Positions 10,231-20,662 of a stretch of 64,000 nucleotides of DNA are shown here, piece after piece. Location of the stretch: IMG/VR virus record IMGVR_UViG_3300036770_004723, positions 62,001 to 126,000 of that record; one strand, written 5' to 3'. Made by a program: the position numbers and the translations under genes. Positions within the stretch are counted from its first letter, which is position 1. The number at the start of each line of letters is the position of its first letter. Below the pieces are notes generated by a model. That model did no database searches. It had not been told where the DNA came from and saw only the letters and a program-made list of their open reading frames with translations.

Positions 10231-11607
10231 TTAAGAAAGTGCGTTTGGACTGTCATCTTCGTCATCTTCGTCGTCATGGGCTGGATTATTATTCCTTGTC
10301 CCGAACTGAGAGTTTTCAACTCCTGGGGGATTTTCAACCCGCATGATTTCGAATTTCTCTTGAAGATCCATTCTAAACAATTCACCGTCCCGTGCTTTAG
10401 CTACATCAACTGGTAATGTTTTAGTTTCACGAACTTCAGGTTTGCTGTAGTTCCATGTCCAAACAATATCAGCATGTTCTTTCATACCGCGAGAATAACG
10501 TAAGTTGTTGCTATCACTGTCTAACTGAGCAAGAACAATAAAAAGAACTTTAAACTCTGAAGCATAAACTTTAGCTTTACGACATATAGCACTTAACATA
10601 CGCCATTGATTATCATCATCAACACCTTCTAACAGACTAATGTAATCTAGAATGACCACTTTATAGTTGTAAGGTTTAACCATGTTAATAACATCATCAA
10701 TGGTCATAGATCCTGTTGGGCTACTATAACTAAATTTCGACTTAAGCTTTTTAAGCTTTTTGTCGTGTTTCATAGCTGCTTTTAGGATTTTTTGTTTTTC
10801 AATTCTTGTAAGCTTTTGTTGCTTTATCTTCCAGAAAGGAATTCCAGTTAACATAGAAAGAATACGGTTTGTTTCTTGTTCCGCAGTCATTTCAAGTGTT
10901 ATCTTGATAGCTGTTAATCCTGGATTTAATACAGACAAATTGTGTTCTAAGTTTGTTGCAAGTACAGACTTACCTCCACTTGTCGTACCTGCAAGTATCA
11001 TCACTCCTGTTGTAGGTAATCCACCGTTTTTGCGATCATACTCAGCAAAACCAGTTCTGTACATTTTCTCTTGGGGTTTAAACAATGTACGCTTTAATAC
11101 TGCTTTAATATTACCGCCAGCACCAAACGTATGTATTTCCTGTTCTTTACCGAACTCTTTACGGTTATTCGCCAACTTATCGGCAACGCTATTAGCTAGT
11201 TCCTCTGGATCTAAACTATCTTGCTGATCAAAGTAAGATACAATATCTTTACCTATGTCAAACAAAGATCTTAGTTTTCGATAACGATCTAGATTTTGAA
11301 TAAGACTAAGAGTTTTCTGTTTTGAAGATAGTGATTCAATTTCGTCACTATCTTCCAAAAATTCTCGGACTTTTGCATCAAAAGTAGGATCGTCTACCAA
11401 ATCATCCCACACAGGTACTCGTTGCTTTATCTCGACAATTTTTCTTAATCGAGTGTAAGCTTTTTTCACGGCCGGAGTGTGGAATAAGCTTGCATCTGTT
11501 TTACCTAACAACATGGATCTCTGTCTGTCGTTAAGTTTAGCGTTGGTCAATGTTTTTAATAAGCGAATTTCCGATTTAGGCGAAAATAGCTTTTTAGACA
11601 TTGACAC
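10231..11607 (-). CDS. dnaB: Replicative helicase, DnaB/SF4
   Basis: AGTTSGGKS, TLEM, VILDYISL, LAQL, KARDG. Confidence 0.93.
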   Translation of the reverse strand: MSMSKKLFSPKSEIRLLKTLTNAKLNDRQRSMLLGKTDASLFHTPAVKKAYTRLRKIVEIKQRVPVWDDLVDDPTFDAKVREFLEDSDEIESLSSKQKTLSLIQNLDRYRKLRSLFDIGKDIVSYFDQQDSLDPEELANSVADKLANNRKEFGKEQEIHTFGAGGNIKAVLKRTLFKPQEKMYRTGFAEYDRKNGGLPTTGVMILAGTTSGGKSVLATNLEHNLSVLNPGLTAIKITLEMTAEQETNRILSMLTGIPFWKIKQQKLTRIEKQKILKAAMKHDKKLKKLKSKFSYSSPTGSMTIDDVINMVKPYNYKVVILDYISLLEGVDDDNQWRMLSAICRKAKVYASEFKVLFIVLAQLDSDSNNLRYSRGMKEHADIVWTWNYSKPEVRETKTLPVDVAKARDGELFRMDLQEKFEIMRVENPPGVENSQFGTRNNNPAHDDEDDEDDSPNALS

Positions 11608-12040
11608 TACCTTTTCTAAATTCTAAATCATTTATCACAGTATTTATTAAGAGCAGAGTACAATTTTCATTTTCTAATTTAGTGGTCCATTCATCTAATA
11701 ACTCTTTATTGTTAATATCATAGAACACCTTACTAGGTTTTCTAGCTTGTGGTCTATTCTGTCTTTGTCTTAAGATTGGTGGATTCCCAGTTACATCTGT
11801 TTGTAGTGCCGAAAGCATTTGATTAATAGATTCCAGACTGTAAGGAAATCTCTTCCCTAAATGAAAAGTGATCATGTTATTTGAGATACCTGGATATCTC
11901 TTTACGGTCTTAAGAACAACATAAAGTAAATTATTTTTCTCAGCAAACATGCCCTGAGAAATCATGCCAAACAGAACAGACCTTTTCACCATTAAGTCGT
12001 GGTCTACTTTACCTGCCAGCAGCAACTCTGTGGTACTCAT
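11594..12040 (-). CDS. Hypothetical protein (possible winged helix)
   Basis: VKRYPGIS...helix pattern. Confidence 0.6.
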   Translation of the reverse strand: MSTTELLLAGKVDHDLMVKRSVLFGMISQGMFAEKNNLLYVVLKTVKRYPGISNNMITFHLGKRFPYSLESINQMLSALQTDVTGNPPILRQRQNRPQARKPSKVFYDINNKELLDEWTTKLENENCTLLLINTVINDLEFRKGSVNV

Positions 12041-12057
12041 TATAGTTTTCCCTTTAG

Positions 12058-13182
12058 CTACACAGATACGCCAAGTTCGATAGCTGCTTCACGTAAACAG
12101 CTCATTATATATTTTTCGTCACGGTCAATGTACTTACCTACTATTTGCATTGCCTCTGACCGCGACTTAGAACAAATGAAATCTTGAGAAGTCTTATCTG
12201 CGGATCTAAGCAATCTTTTTGCCTTTAACCATTCAGTAAACTTTTCTACTTCCCTTCCTATAAAAACAGACAATACAAATCCTTTACGTGTTTCTCCGAA
12301 TTTGTTTAGCCATCTGTCAACGCTGTAGTCGAAATCACTAATAAGTTTAGTTAAGGCAGATTCATCATAATAGTTCTCAACAGGAATTTCTTGCCCTTCA
12401 GAATCATAATTAATGAACATCTGAGATTCAGCTACAACATTTAGTTGATAGGTTCGTTTTTCACCTTCCCCTGAGCCAACTAAATTTTGACGTTTTTCAG
12501 TCGTATAATATTCTATTAAATTCACAACTTTGTTATTTACAGAAGATCTTAAATAGTTGCAAACGTATTCATCACTTTTAGTGCATGGATGTAATAAGTA
12601 GTAAGCACGTAAAGCACAGATTAACAGTTCAGCATGGAAATCTTTTTTATCCATGTTGTTGAACTGGTAGATAAATCTCAATTTTTTCTTTGTTTTAAAT
12701 CGGATAAATCTAGTAATGTTTTCATAATGCTTATCAAAACCCACACGTATCAAATTGAATTGCTTAGGATCAAAACTTTTAAAAGTGTGACCTAGGCTAA
12801 CGTATTTTTTCTTTATGTCTGTTCTAAGTTTTTTAACAGACTGATAAATGCGTACAGCGTCACAGCGACATAAATCGTATTTAGTGTAAGATTCTTCTGC
12901 CACGTTAGCATCAAGGCCACGGTAGCCTGATAAGTAGCAGGCATAAAATCTCATGTTAAAAATAGCTTGTCCCGATTCAGCCAAGCTAATTCTAAATTGG
13001 CTAGGTGAAATATCGAGTTTTTTGAAATCAACTAAGGTTTCCAATTTTTTGTGAAACTTAGATATGGAAGTCTGCATCGTAAAATGTTCAACTACAGCAT
13101 CGAACAGTTCTTTATTGTTTGAGTATTCTACATTTAAAACATTTTGAAAAACATAGGATAATGATCTTGAGTCGAGTATCAT
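12058..13182 (-). CDS. Sigma-factor-like protein (region 2-like)
   Basis: MDKKDFHAELLICALRAYYLLHP...NYLRSSVNNKVVNLIEYYTTEKR resembles sigma70 region 2. Confidence 0.5.
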   Translation of the reverse strand: MILDSRSLSYVFQNVLNVEYSNNKELFDAVVEHFTMQTSISKFHKKLETLVDFKKLDISPSQFRISLAESGQAIFNMRFYACYLSGYRGLDANVAEESYTKYDLCRCDAVRIYQSVKKLRTDIKKKYVSLGHTFKSFDPKQFNLIRVGFDKHYENITRFIRFKTKKKLRFIYQFNNMDKKDFHAELLICALRAYYLLHPCTKSDEYVCNYLRSSVNNKVVNLIEYYTTEKRQNLVGSGEGEKRTYQLNVVAESQMFINYDSEGQEIPVENYYDESALTKLISDFDYSVDRWLNKFGETRKGFVLSVFIGREVEKFTEWLKAKRLLRSADKTSQDFICSKSRSEAMQIVGKYIDRDEKYIMSCLREAAIELGVSV

Positions 13183-13195
13183 TTTAAATATTCCC

Positions 13196-14296
13196 TTACT
13201 TAATCAAACTACCCAATTCAACACGAGAAGACTTTTTAGTCTTTTTGGCTTTAGCTTTAGTTGTTTCCTCTTGTTCTTCCATACGCGCATCTAAAACTTT
13301 TTCCAAGTGCGCTAAATATGAAGTCGCTAGTATTTCACGTATTTCATCAAGATCTTCATTTTTTATCAAATCCTTAGGGATCCGAATTTTATACTTACGT
13401 GCGAAACGTTGCAGCTGACGCAGACCCATATCAACAAGATCTTCGGCGCAGGTAATTTCTTTACCATAATCAACGCCTTCATCTAAGGATACATGACCCT
13501 CTTCGTCTTCATAAGCAGCTTTAGCTATACCTTTATCAATATCACGGGCTATGTCACTAAGGCTGTAGATCTTAGTGCCTGCATCTTCAGCACGTTTTAG
13601 TTGATCACGGTTTCGTTTTGCAACAGAGCCAATGTCATCAATAAAGCCCATCACCCCGTTAGTGTTTAGTTTAAGATCAAAATCTGATTCAAGAGGTTTA
13701 ACTTTCTTATCAAACTTTTCAGGACTAGGATCTAAATAGAGACCTTTAAATTCTAACTTACGGCGCAACACTTCAAATTGAGGCAAAGTAAAAACATTTT
13801 TTTCATTACCCATATTCTGAAAAGACATAACAATCTTTCCATCATCACTACAGACTCTAATAAGGTTACTGTCCACACTCAAAATACGAGCAGTCATGAA
13901 ATTAGATAAATACGTGCGCGAAAGTGTACCACGATATCTAACATAAACTTTCTGCAAAAAAGTATAATTGTGTTTTCTAGTAATATTTTCATTTAATAAA
14001 ACCGCAGCAAAAGTACGTAATTGCTCTAAACTGAAGCCGCGAATTACGTCAGCTAATTCGAAAAGACTGCTGCCATTTTTTTCCACACTTTCAGCAAGCG
14101 CAACACTGTTAGGTGTAAAACTAGAACAAGATACATGGCTGGCTTTTTTGCCTTGTTTGCTACAAGTAACGTTTTCCCCGTTAATTAAACGTTCTCTGGT
14201 TAACCCTATACATTCACCACAGGTTAGTTTTTCTTCGGTTAATACTCTTACCCGAATTTTTTGTCCTGTCTTCTGAATAGTTGAGTTCTTTGCCAT
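13196..14296 (-). CDS. Hypothetical protein with Cys cluster and C-terminal HeH/Rho-N-like module
   Basis: CGEC..C..C; LVDMGLRQLQRFARKYKIRIP; ends SSRVELGSLIK. Confidence 0.7.
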   Translation of the reverse strand: MAKNSTIQKTGQKIRVRVLTEEKLTCGECIGLTRERLINGENVTCSKQGKKASHVSCSSFTPNSVALAESVEKNGSSLFELADVIRGFSLEQLRTFAAVLLNENITRKHNYTFLQKVYVRYRGTLSRTYLSNFMTARILSVDSNLIRVCSDDGKIVMSFQNMGNEKNVFTLPQFEVLRRKLEFKGLYLDPSPEKFDKKVKPLESDFDLKLNTNGVMGFIDDIGSVAKRNRDQLKRAEDAGTKIYSLSDIARDIDKGIAKAAYEDEEGHVSLDEGVDYGKEITCAEDLVDMGLRQLQRFARKYKIRIPKDLIKNEDLDEIREILATSYLAHLEKVLDARMEEQEETTKAKAKKTKKSSRVELGSLIK

Positions 14297-14792
14297 TTTT
14301 CTTATATCCTTTGGAACTTAATGTAAAGTTTATGCAAAACAGAAGAGTTTGTTCCATGTTTGTAATACCAGCCAAATCCTTTTTCAGCAATTCAAGACCT
14401 TGCCTTGTGGCAGGATCTGCATGTACCATAGGAAGCAACGTCATTTTTGCATTCGATGATACTGGAGGTCTTAATAGTGCATCTACTAATATCTTTAACC
14501 AAACTTCGGCACGTCTTTCCGCAGTTTCATCTGACCAGAATTTTTGAAGAGGACCAGACTTCTTTGCTCCTATACGCGCAACCACAGCATCTGCTTTTGC
14601 GTGAAGTGTTGTATGACAAGATCCATCAAGAGGTATTTGCAGACTTTCATGGCCACCGCACGATCTAGGTATAGTATGATGCCAATTAATATTTTTAAAA
14701 AAATTACCGCAAATACAACACTGTTCGAATCCATCTGATCTAGCAACTACAGGTAACTTATTTTCTATTTTTGTTTTTGACATTACGACCAC
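14214..14792 (-). CDS. HNH-family protein
   Basis: CCIC...WHHTIPRSCGG...SCHTTLH. Confidence 0.75.
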   Translation of the reverse strand: MVVMSKTKIENKLPVVARSDGFEQCCICGNFFKNINWHHTIPRSCGGHESLQIPLDGSCHTTLHAKADAVVARIGAKKSGPLQKFWSDETAERRAEVWLKILVDALLRPPVSSNAKMTLLPMVHADPATRQGLELLKKDLAGITNMEQTLLFCINFTLSSKGYKKNGKELNYSEDRTKNSGKSINRRKTNLW

Positions 14793-16071
14793 CTAAAGGC
14801 AGTCCCCAAGATAAAACTTTAACGTTGCCTTTAGTTTGGCTATAAAGGTTTCTATATACAGATGAAGGAACTACCCAAGCTAATGCAATGTCATTGTTTT
14901 TGGGGCTAGTTAAAAATTCAGAAGACATTAAACTATATTCATGCCCTCGCTCACGCAACTGTTCTAAAAATTCTGTTACTCTAGTGTAGTAAACATTAGA
15001 AGATTTTTTCTCAAGCGCTCTTACACGAGATTGATGTAAAGACTTTGATTCACTGACTCTTTTAATTGCTTTACCTATATTAGAATCTTGTCGATCTAAC
15101 TCTGATTGTTTTAAAGAAAGTTGTTCAGTAAGTTCCAGCTTTTTTACTTTAGTAAGTGTACCAATACGCTTATATGAAAGCAAAAGATTCTCAATCTTTT
15201 CTATTTCAGATTTAAGTTTACGCAGTTTAGATCGCTCAGACTTTAAATTAATTTTAGCCAATTTTAACTTGTTGGCAATCGGGTCATTGTCTACAATGTT
15301 ATGCGCGATTTCTTCGGCAGAAGTACGGCTAAATTGAAGAATTGTCTGCTTGGTCAATATCAAAGCTATATCACTGCTATCCGCAGCTGCCAGACCTAAA
15401 GGCTCTACAGTTTTAAAAACATTACGTAAAATTTTAGTGTTACGTAATGCAACGTTTTCGAATGAAACAGTAATAGGTAATTCAACTGGTAATACTGCGT
15501 CACGGGATATATCTAATTTCTCATTTTTAATTTTACTGACTAACGAATTTGATATCAACTTGGTGTAAGCAGAAAGCTTATTATTGACATATTCGTATTG
15601 AGCGTTAGAAAAATCACAATCGTTTTCTGTTACCTCAGAAGAAACTTTTTCTAAAGCTGCTTCAGGGTCTTCGTTGTATTTTTCAATTTGATTGTATGCT
15701 GCTGCTTGTAGATCTTGCAACCTATCGAATACATCTGTGCGAACTTCTTTGCAGAAAGTTGGTACATTTATTTCTCGATTGCTTACAGCATACTTTAAGG
15801 ATCTTATAGTATTAATTAGGTAGATTGTCGGCTTTTTCTGTTTTGAAAACTTACGATTTGATTTCGAAGCCGTCAAAAAATCTTCTAATTGATCTATAGT
15901 TGTTTGAAGGGTTTTTAAAGTTATATCTGCATTTTTAAAGTTTAAAGCATTATCTGCTTTTTTTATCAATTTTTGAGTTGAGCTAATGCTCGACATCAAT
16001 GATTGAAGTGCGTTGACTTCTGACATTGTTGTTATTCCTTTTTCCATTTTTTTAATAATATGGGTTTTCAC
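14758..16071 (-). CDS. Hypothetical coiled-coil protein
   Basis: Long ORF; start may be MSEVN (16025). Confidence 0.7.
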   Translation of the reverse strand: MKTHIIKKMEKGITTMSEVNALQSLMSSISSTQKLIKKADNALNFKNADITLKTLQTTIDQLEDFLTASKSNRKFSKQKKPTIYLINTIRSLKYAVSNREINVPTFCKEVRTDVFDRLQDLQAAAYNQIEKYNEDPEAALEKVSSEVTENDCDFSNAQYEYVNNKLSAYTKLISNSLVSKIKNEKLDISRDAVLPVELPITVSFENVALRNTKILRNVFKTVEPLGLAAADSSDIALILTKQTILQFSRTSAEEIAHNIVDNDPIANKLKLAKINLKSERSKLRKLKSEIEKIENLLLSYKRIGTLTKVKKLELTEQLSLKQSELDRQDSNIGKAIKRVSESKSLHQSRVRALEKKSSNVYYTRVTEFLEQLRERGHEYSLMSSEFLTSPKNNDIALAWVVPSSVYRNLYSQTKGNVKVLSWGLPLGGRNVKNKNRK

Positions 16072-16132
16072 CCGAAAGAGCTAGAGAATAAAAATTAGTG
16101 TTCTCTAGCTCTTTTCCTAAAGGTCTAAATTG

Positions 16133-19100
16133 TCAGTTTTTAGCCTTTTTCTTTTTGGCCGATTTTTTAGTTTCGGCAATAGAAGCGTTCATTAGCTTTA
16201 TATACTTATTTACAGATTCACTCAATGAAGAGGAAATACGCGGATTAGGATTTTTTAAATCTTTCTTCCAACCTTTAATATCAGCCTGCGCAGTCTTTAG
16301 CTTATCTTTAATAGTATTAAGCTCTAGCTTAGCCAAGCTACGCAACTTTCTTTCAATAATATAGGTTGCGCGTTCTCGATCAATCTTTAATGTTTTTGCT
16401 GCGTAGGTATCTGGATCATCTTTGTCCAAAGCCTTTTTCATTACCTCCAATACTTTATCTTTATTTATAACAGCAAACATTTGTGTTTCATATTCCCAAA
16501 TGTCACGCTCACGTTTGCTAATAACGTTTTCGAGATATTTTTGTTCTAAAACTATGCGGTATTTTACCCATTGGGTAATGTAATTACTAAAGTTTACATA
16601 AGCAAACTTTGTTTTCGTTTCATCGACATGGTTAACTACTAAACCTAAATTGTAGAATTGACTACCAGTTAAAATCTTTTTAACTTTTTCAGCTAAATCA
16701 TACAGGCCGTCGTCGTCAACACCGCGTTTAGGTACAACGTAGTAATATGCTCCGAATGCGCCAGCGTTCGGTCGCTTATCACCACAGTCGCTTACCCAAC
16801 GACTTACTCCAGGTAATTCACGAATTTTATCTCGCTTCTTTTCAACCATTTCTTCAGATTGAAAACCAGGTGCATAAGAAACAATTTCAATGATTTTATT
16901 TTTATAGTCAATATTTATCTTAGGGCGATATTTTATTGCCTTAGCTCGACCTGTTTTAATAAAATCTTCTAGTTCTTCTTTGGTAGAAACACATTCAGAT
17001 CCAAACGGCGCATTTATTCTTAAATGCTTGACACATTCTTCATCCGTAACTTTGCCTTTATTCAAAGCAATTTCAACCAACTTTGCAACACCTTCAATTT
17101 CAAAACTTGGATTACAGGCACGAACGCCATAGGCAATACCACCTTCGTTACCAATCAATAACATTGTTGGAAGCAATGAAGGCAAATATAATGGAATATC
17201 TTCACTGTCATCGAAGTTTTTAATTCTGGGAACAACTTCAAGATAACCACTATCAAGTAAAAACATTTTTGCGTAGTCGGCTAATCGCACTTCGGTATTA
17301 TGTACAATCATACCGTTCGCTGTATAAGAATTACTCACAGGAACAGTGAGATCGTAAGTAGGTTCATCTCCTATATACTCGATACGTTTGATAGGCACTA
17401 AGAAATAGTTCTTATCTAAAATATTAGTCAGTTTATCCACAAAAGTAGGGAAATATTTCCCTACAAATTTACCGACCTGTGTTAGCCAAAGTTTTAAAGA
17501 TTCTAAAGTCAATGGCATACTGCGTCCAGATAGTCCATATAGCATAGAGGCTATGTACTTAGGAATTGGATTGCCTTCTTCATCTTCTTGTTTACTCAGA
17601 ATGTCTTCATAATAAGATCGCACAACTTCAGGTAAGAAACTTAGTTTCTGATTATCATACGCCGAATTGAGTACATTACCGCTTTTACGTTCAGATAAAA
17701 ATCCGATTTCAGATTGAAATCTGTCGTGCATTAGTTTACTGCATAGATAAAGAGTGTCTTTAGTTTGTGCAAAAGGTAATCCAAATTTAGATACTAGAAT
17801 CGTCTGAAGTTGATCTAAAAGTTTGGAACTTTTGGATGTATACGTAACGCCGGACGCATGTGCAGATCCATCTCCTTCAAATAGTGAGGAAAGAAATGAA
17901 ACCATCTCGACTTTACTCGACATAAGTACGCATAGCGGAACTTCTTTCTCACGAGCAACACACGGAAAAATTCCATTAGCAGATAAAAAAGAAATTAAAT
18001 GCGTACTATTTATAGTACATTGGGCATACGGACGTTTAGCCCAATTTATACCATCAGGCTCACGCCATGTGACTGATACATGTACGTTTTCAAATAAAGA
18101 TTCAGTCAATTCTACAAATAAATCAACCATATCTTTATCAGAATTCATAAATTGGACTGTGTGTTTAGTAATGCTACCTTCTGAAATAACCAAACCTAAC
18201 CAAGTGGCGAATTCCGAAGACATTTTCTTGGGGAGACCTAATATCTTCATGGAAGAACTTCTACCTTCAATATCAGGCTGGTTTAAAAGTTTTGATCCTT
18301 TAGTCCATTTAATTTTAGGATCTCTTTTATAGCAAACTATGTCTCCTTCAGAAATATCTTCAATAGTTTTCCAACTAAAGTCTAGATTAGAATCTAAAGT
18401 AAGTAAAGGTTCATTACTTGTACCTTTAATTTTACCTAAGCGAGTTTCAACTTCAAAGATCTCACGAACACCACTGTCTAACCAGTGTGTAGCTAATTCA
18501 ACACCATCACGCGATTCAACTTTCAAAGAAATTTCTAGTTTGCGTTTAGGTGTCTTGCCTAAGACTTCAGGTATACGTCCAATAGGAAGTAAGCCTAATT
18601 CAGAACTAACTAAAGTATCAGCGGTAAAACAATAACGCTGGGCGGCAGCATTATCAATCGGTGAACCCCAGTTTCCACGACCTTGCGCAAGTTTTGGAAA
18701 AGTATTTGCAATAGTAACTAACGCGCCATAGCAGGCGCTATTATGCGCAAGCATTACTCTTAAACTGTTATCTTGTGAATTACGTCCAGTAGCAATCAAC
18801 ATGTTTTCATTACCTTTAACAGTAAAATCATACATTGGAATTGCTTTTTTACTTTTAACCAGTTTAATACTACGTACTGCTAAATATCCAGCAGTAGGTA
18901 ATCCTTCAATATAATCTCCATGATGTGAGGCATGTTCAGATCTATCAAGAACTACGATATTGTCCGGTCTATTATTTTCACGATCACCGTCACTATGATG
19001 ATAAATTTCGTCAGTGTCTTTATCATCATACAAGTAAGCTCCAGACAACTCATGAAGATTACAAGATACATGCGTATTCAGCGAAAGTTTATGGTAAGAT

Positions 19101-19747
19101 TCTCTTAAGATCTGCCCACCTACCAATTGCTGACCTACCTCCAAATTTTCTGTACTAATCCATTTACCTTCAACAGACATAAATGGATGGTTGCCAGTTG
19201 CTTTTACTACATCACCATTAGAAAGTTCAATATGATAAATGTCTTTAGTAACTTGCCCTACTCTAAATGAGTGCGCTAAAGCAGGCTCAATTATTTGTTT
19301 TTCTTCATTGTAAGACCAGACCCATATAGGATCTGATCCTAAAAGGTTTTTAATTTTGCGTACAGATCCATCACAACCTAACACACGAGTATTACCAGAT
19401 AGGCAATCGCCATGAGGGTGGTATTTACCTATGGTATCACCAATAACACGGGCAGATTTTTTAAAATCTGATCCATGTAAATTAAGTTTGTGCATTGCAT
19501 AAATCAAATGCCTGTGTACAGGTTTAAGTCCATCACGAAATTCTGGAACAGCTCTATCTTTTACAACATACTCACCATATTCAAATAAATTTTCTTTTGC
19601 AAAAACAGACATCATTGCAATAGAAATTTTGCTCTGTTTAATCGTGTTAGGTAAAACAAAATCGGTTTTAGTTGCCGGAAGTTTTTTAACTTTTTTTGTT
19701 TTAATTTCACCCAGCTCTACTCTGCCAGTCTTTTTTGTTTTTTTCAT
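16133..19747 (-). CDS. gyrA: Type IIA topoisomerase subunit A (GyrA/ParC-like, no beta-pinwheel CTD), two inteins
   Basis: DRAVPEFRDGLKPVHR, KSAR, GKYHPHGD|S, AAQRY|TE; start set at ATG 19747 because the -10 element lies at 19783-19788; about 537 aa after splicing. Confidence 0.93.
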   Translation of the reverse strand: MKKTKKTGRVELGEIKTKKVKKLPATKTDFVLPNTIKQSKISIAMMSVFAKENLFEYGEYVVKDRAVPEFRDGLKPVHRHLIYAMHKLNLHGSDFKKSARVIGDTIGKYHPHGDCLSGNTRVLGCDGSVRKIKNLLGSDPIWVWSYNEEKQIIEPALAHSFRVGQVTKDIYHIELSNGDVVKATGNHPFMSVEGKWISTENLEVGQQLVGGQILRESYHKLSLNTHVSCNLHELSGAYLYDDKDTDEIYHHSDGDRENNRPDNIVVLDRSEHASHHGDYIEGLPTAGYLAVRSIKLVKSKKAIPMYDFTVKGNENMLIATGRNSQDNSLRVMLAHNSACYGALVTIANTFPKLAQGRGNWGSPIDNAAAQRYCFTADTLVSSELGLLPIGRIPEVLGKTPKRKLEISLKVESRDGVELATHWLDSGVREIFEVETRLGKIKGTSNEPLLTLDSNLDFSWKTIEDISEGDIVCYKRDPKIKWTKGSKLLNQPDIEGRSSSMKILGLPKKMSSEFATWLGLVISEGSITKHTVQFMNSDKDMVDLFVELTESLFENVHVSVTWREPDGINWAKRPYAQCTINSTHLISFLSANGIFPCVAREKEVPLCVLMSSKVEMVSFLSSLFEGDGSAHASGVTYTSKSSKLLDQLQTILVSKFGLPFAQTKDTLYLCSKLMHDRFQSEIGFLSERKSGNVLNSAYDNQKLSFLPEVVRSYYEDILSKQEDEEGNPIPKYIASMLYGLSGRSMPLTLESLKLWLTQVGKFVGKYFPTFVDKLTNILDKNYFLVPIKRIEYIGDEPTYDLTVPVSNSYTANGMIVHNTEVRLADYAKMFLLDSGYLEVVPRIKNFDDSEDIPLYLPSLLPTMLLIGNEGGIAYGVRACNPSFEIEGVAKLVEIALNKGKVTDEECVKHLRINAPFGSECVSTKEELEDFIKTGRAKAIKYRPKINIDYKNKIIEIVSYAPGFQSEEMVEKKRDKIRELPGVSRWVSDCGDKRPNAGAFGAYYYVVPKRGVDDDGLYDLAEKVKKILTGSQFYNLGLVVNHVDETKTKFAYVNFSNYITQWVKYRIVLEQKYLENVISKRERDIWEYETQMFAVINKDKVLEVMKKALDKDDPDTYAAKTLKIDRERATYIIERKLRSLAKLELNTIKDKLKTAQADIKGWKKDLKNPNPRISSSLSESVNKYIKLMNASIAETKKSAKKKKAKN
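17297..18631 (-). mobile_element. GyrA intein 2 (445 aa, LAGLIDADG endonuclease) right after the catalytic Tyr
   Basis: RY|CFTADT...WLGLVISEG...FLSSLFEGDG...IVHN|T; same site as mycobacterial GyrA inteins. Confidence 0.95.
18740..19405 (-). mobile_element. GyrA intein 1 (222 aa, HNH motif)
   Basis: HPHGD|CLSGNT...ATGNHPF...HHSDGDRENNRPDN...LAHN|S. Confidence 0.93.
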
Positions 19748-19782
19748 AAACTTTTCCAGTTCCGTAGATAAATACGTCAAGC

Positions 19783-19841
19783 ATTATACGGGATTAAAAT
19801 TTGAAAATCAATACAAGGCTTTTGACACACCTCGATCAGTT
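19783..19841 (-). promoter_or_regulatory. Sigma70 promoter with conserved upstream box (gyrA)
   Basis: AACTGATCGAGGTGTGTC-N12-TTGATT-N17-TATAAT. Confidence 0.8.
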
Positions 19842-20275
19842 CACAGTAAACTTGGTAAACCTTTAGGCAATATTACTTTTAAAAAAGCTGTATACAGTGG
19901 ACGATCAAAAGGAGAATTTGAAGAAATATAAGAAATATACGATTTCATATCAGGTAGCTTCAAACAGCTCAAAGTTTTTTCATTTGAAACTTTTATAGCT
20001 TCTTCAGGAATTAAAACAGAATTAGTGTTCAACCAAGCAAGACCTTCTGTGAAGACACGCGGAACCGAACCAATCAATTCATTTGGAGGATATTTTATAA
20101 AAAATCCTTGACTATCTATAATTGTCAAGGCTGCTTGATGTAGTTTTGTATCAGCTAAACATTCAAGCTTTGAATTGTATTCTACTTTAGATTTTACCCA
20201 TGACACATCGTTCTGTAAAACGCCTTGCGAAAAAAACATGTATACGTATTTTTTACTCATTAAACACCTCAACAA
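19841..20275 (-). CDS. Hypothetical protein
   Basis: ORF between gyrB-C and gyrA. Confidence 0.6.
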   Translation of the reverse strand: MLRCLMSKKYVYMFFSQGVLQNDVSWVKSKVEYNSKLECLADTKLHQAALTIIDSQGFFIKYPPNELIGSVPRVFTEGLAWLNTNSVLIPEEAIKVSNEKTLSCLKLPDMKSYISYISSNSPFDRPLYTAFLKVILPKGLPSLL

Positions 20276-20655
20276 ATATTGTATAAACTATTTTGAGTGA
20301 ATGGAAGAAGTGCCATCTTTTTCTTAAAGATTTCTCTTGATCCGTAATTATTTTTTATGTTAGCTCTAATTGATTTAAGATCAAGCAGTGTTTTCGTATC
20401 CCAATCACTAGCTTCAATACTAATGCGATCAAGTACATTTATTATAATGCTGGATACTCTGTTTACTTTTTTAGGCCATACACATTTTATTATATAACCA
20501 CTGTCATCAAGAATAATAAAAGAAAGTTTTTTAACTCTGTGATCTAAATGATTTACCTTCAACCAAAAAACTGAAAGACTACTATTTTGCATGTAGTCTG
20601 GATTCATTTTAAACGGAGTAAAACTCAGATCCACAAGTAAATAGTAGTTTTTCAT
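20269..20655 (-). CDS. Hypothetical protein
   Basis: IILDDSGYIIK resembles IIDSQGFFIK of the neighbouring ORF; possible paralogs. Confidence 0.6.
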   Translation of the reverse strand: MKNYYLLVDLSFTPFKMNPDYMQNSSLSVFWLKVNHLDHRVKKLSFIILDDSGYIIKCVWPKKVNRVSSIIINVLDRISIEASDWDTKTLLDLKSIRANIKNNYGSREIFKKKMALLPFTQNSLYNIC

Positions 20656-20662
20656 AACTCTT

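Noticed and set aside
19748-19780. TTG start of gyrA at 19780
   Set aside because: Lies at or upstream of the predicted transcription start; ATG 19747 is preferred.
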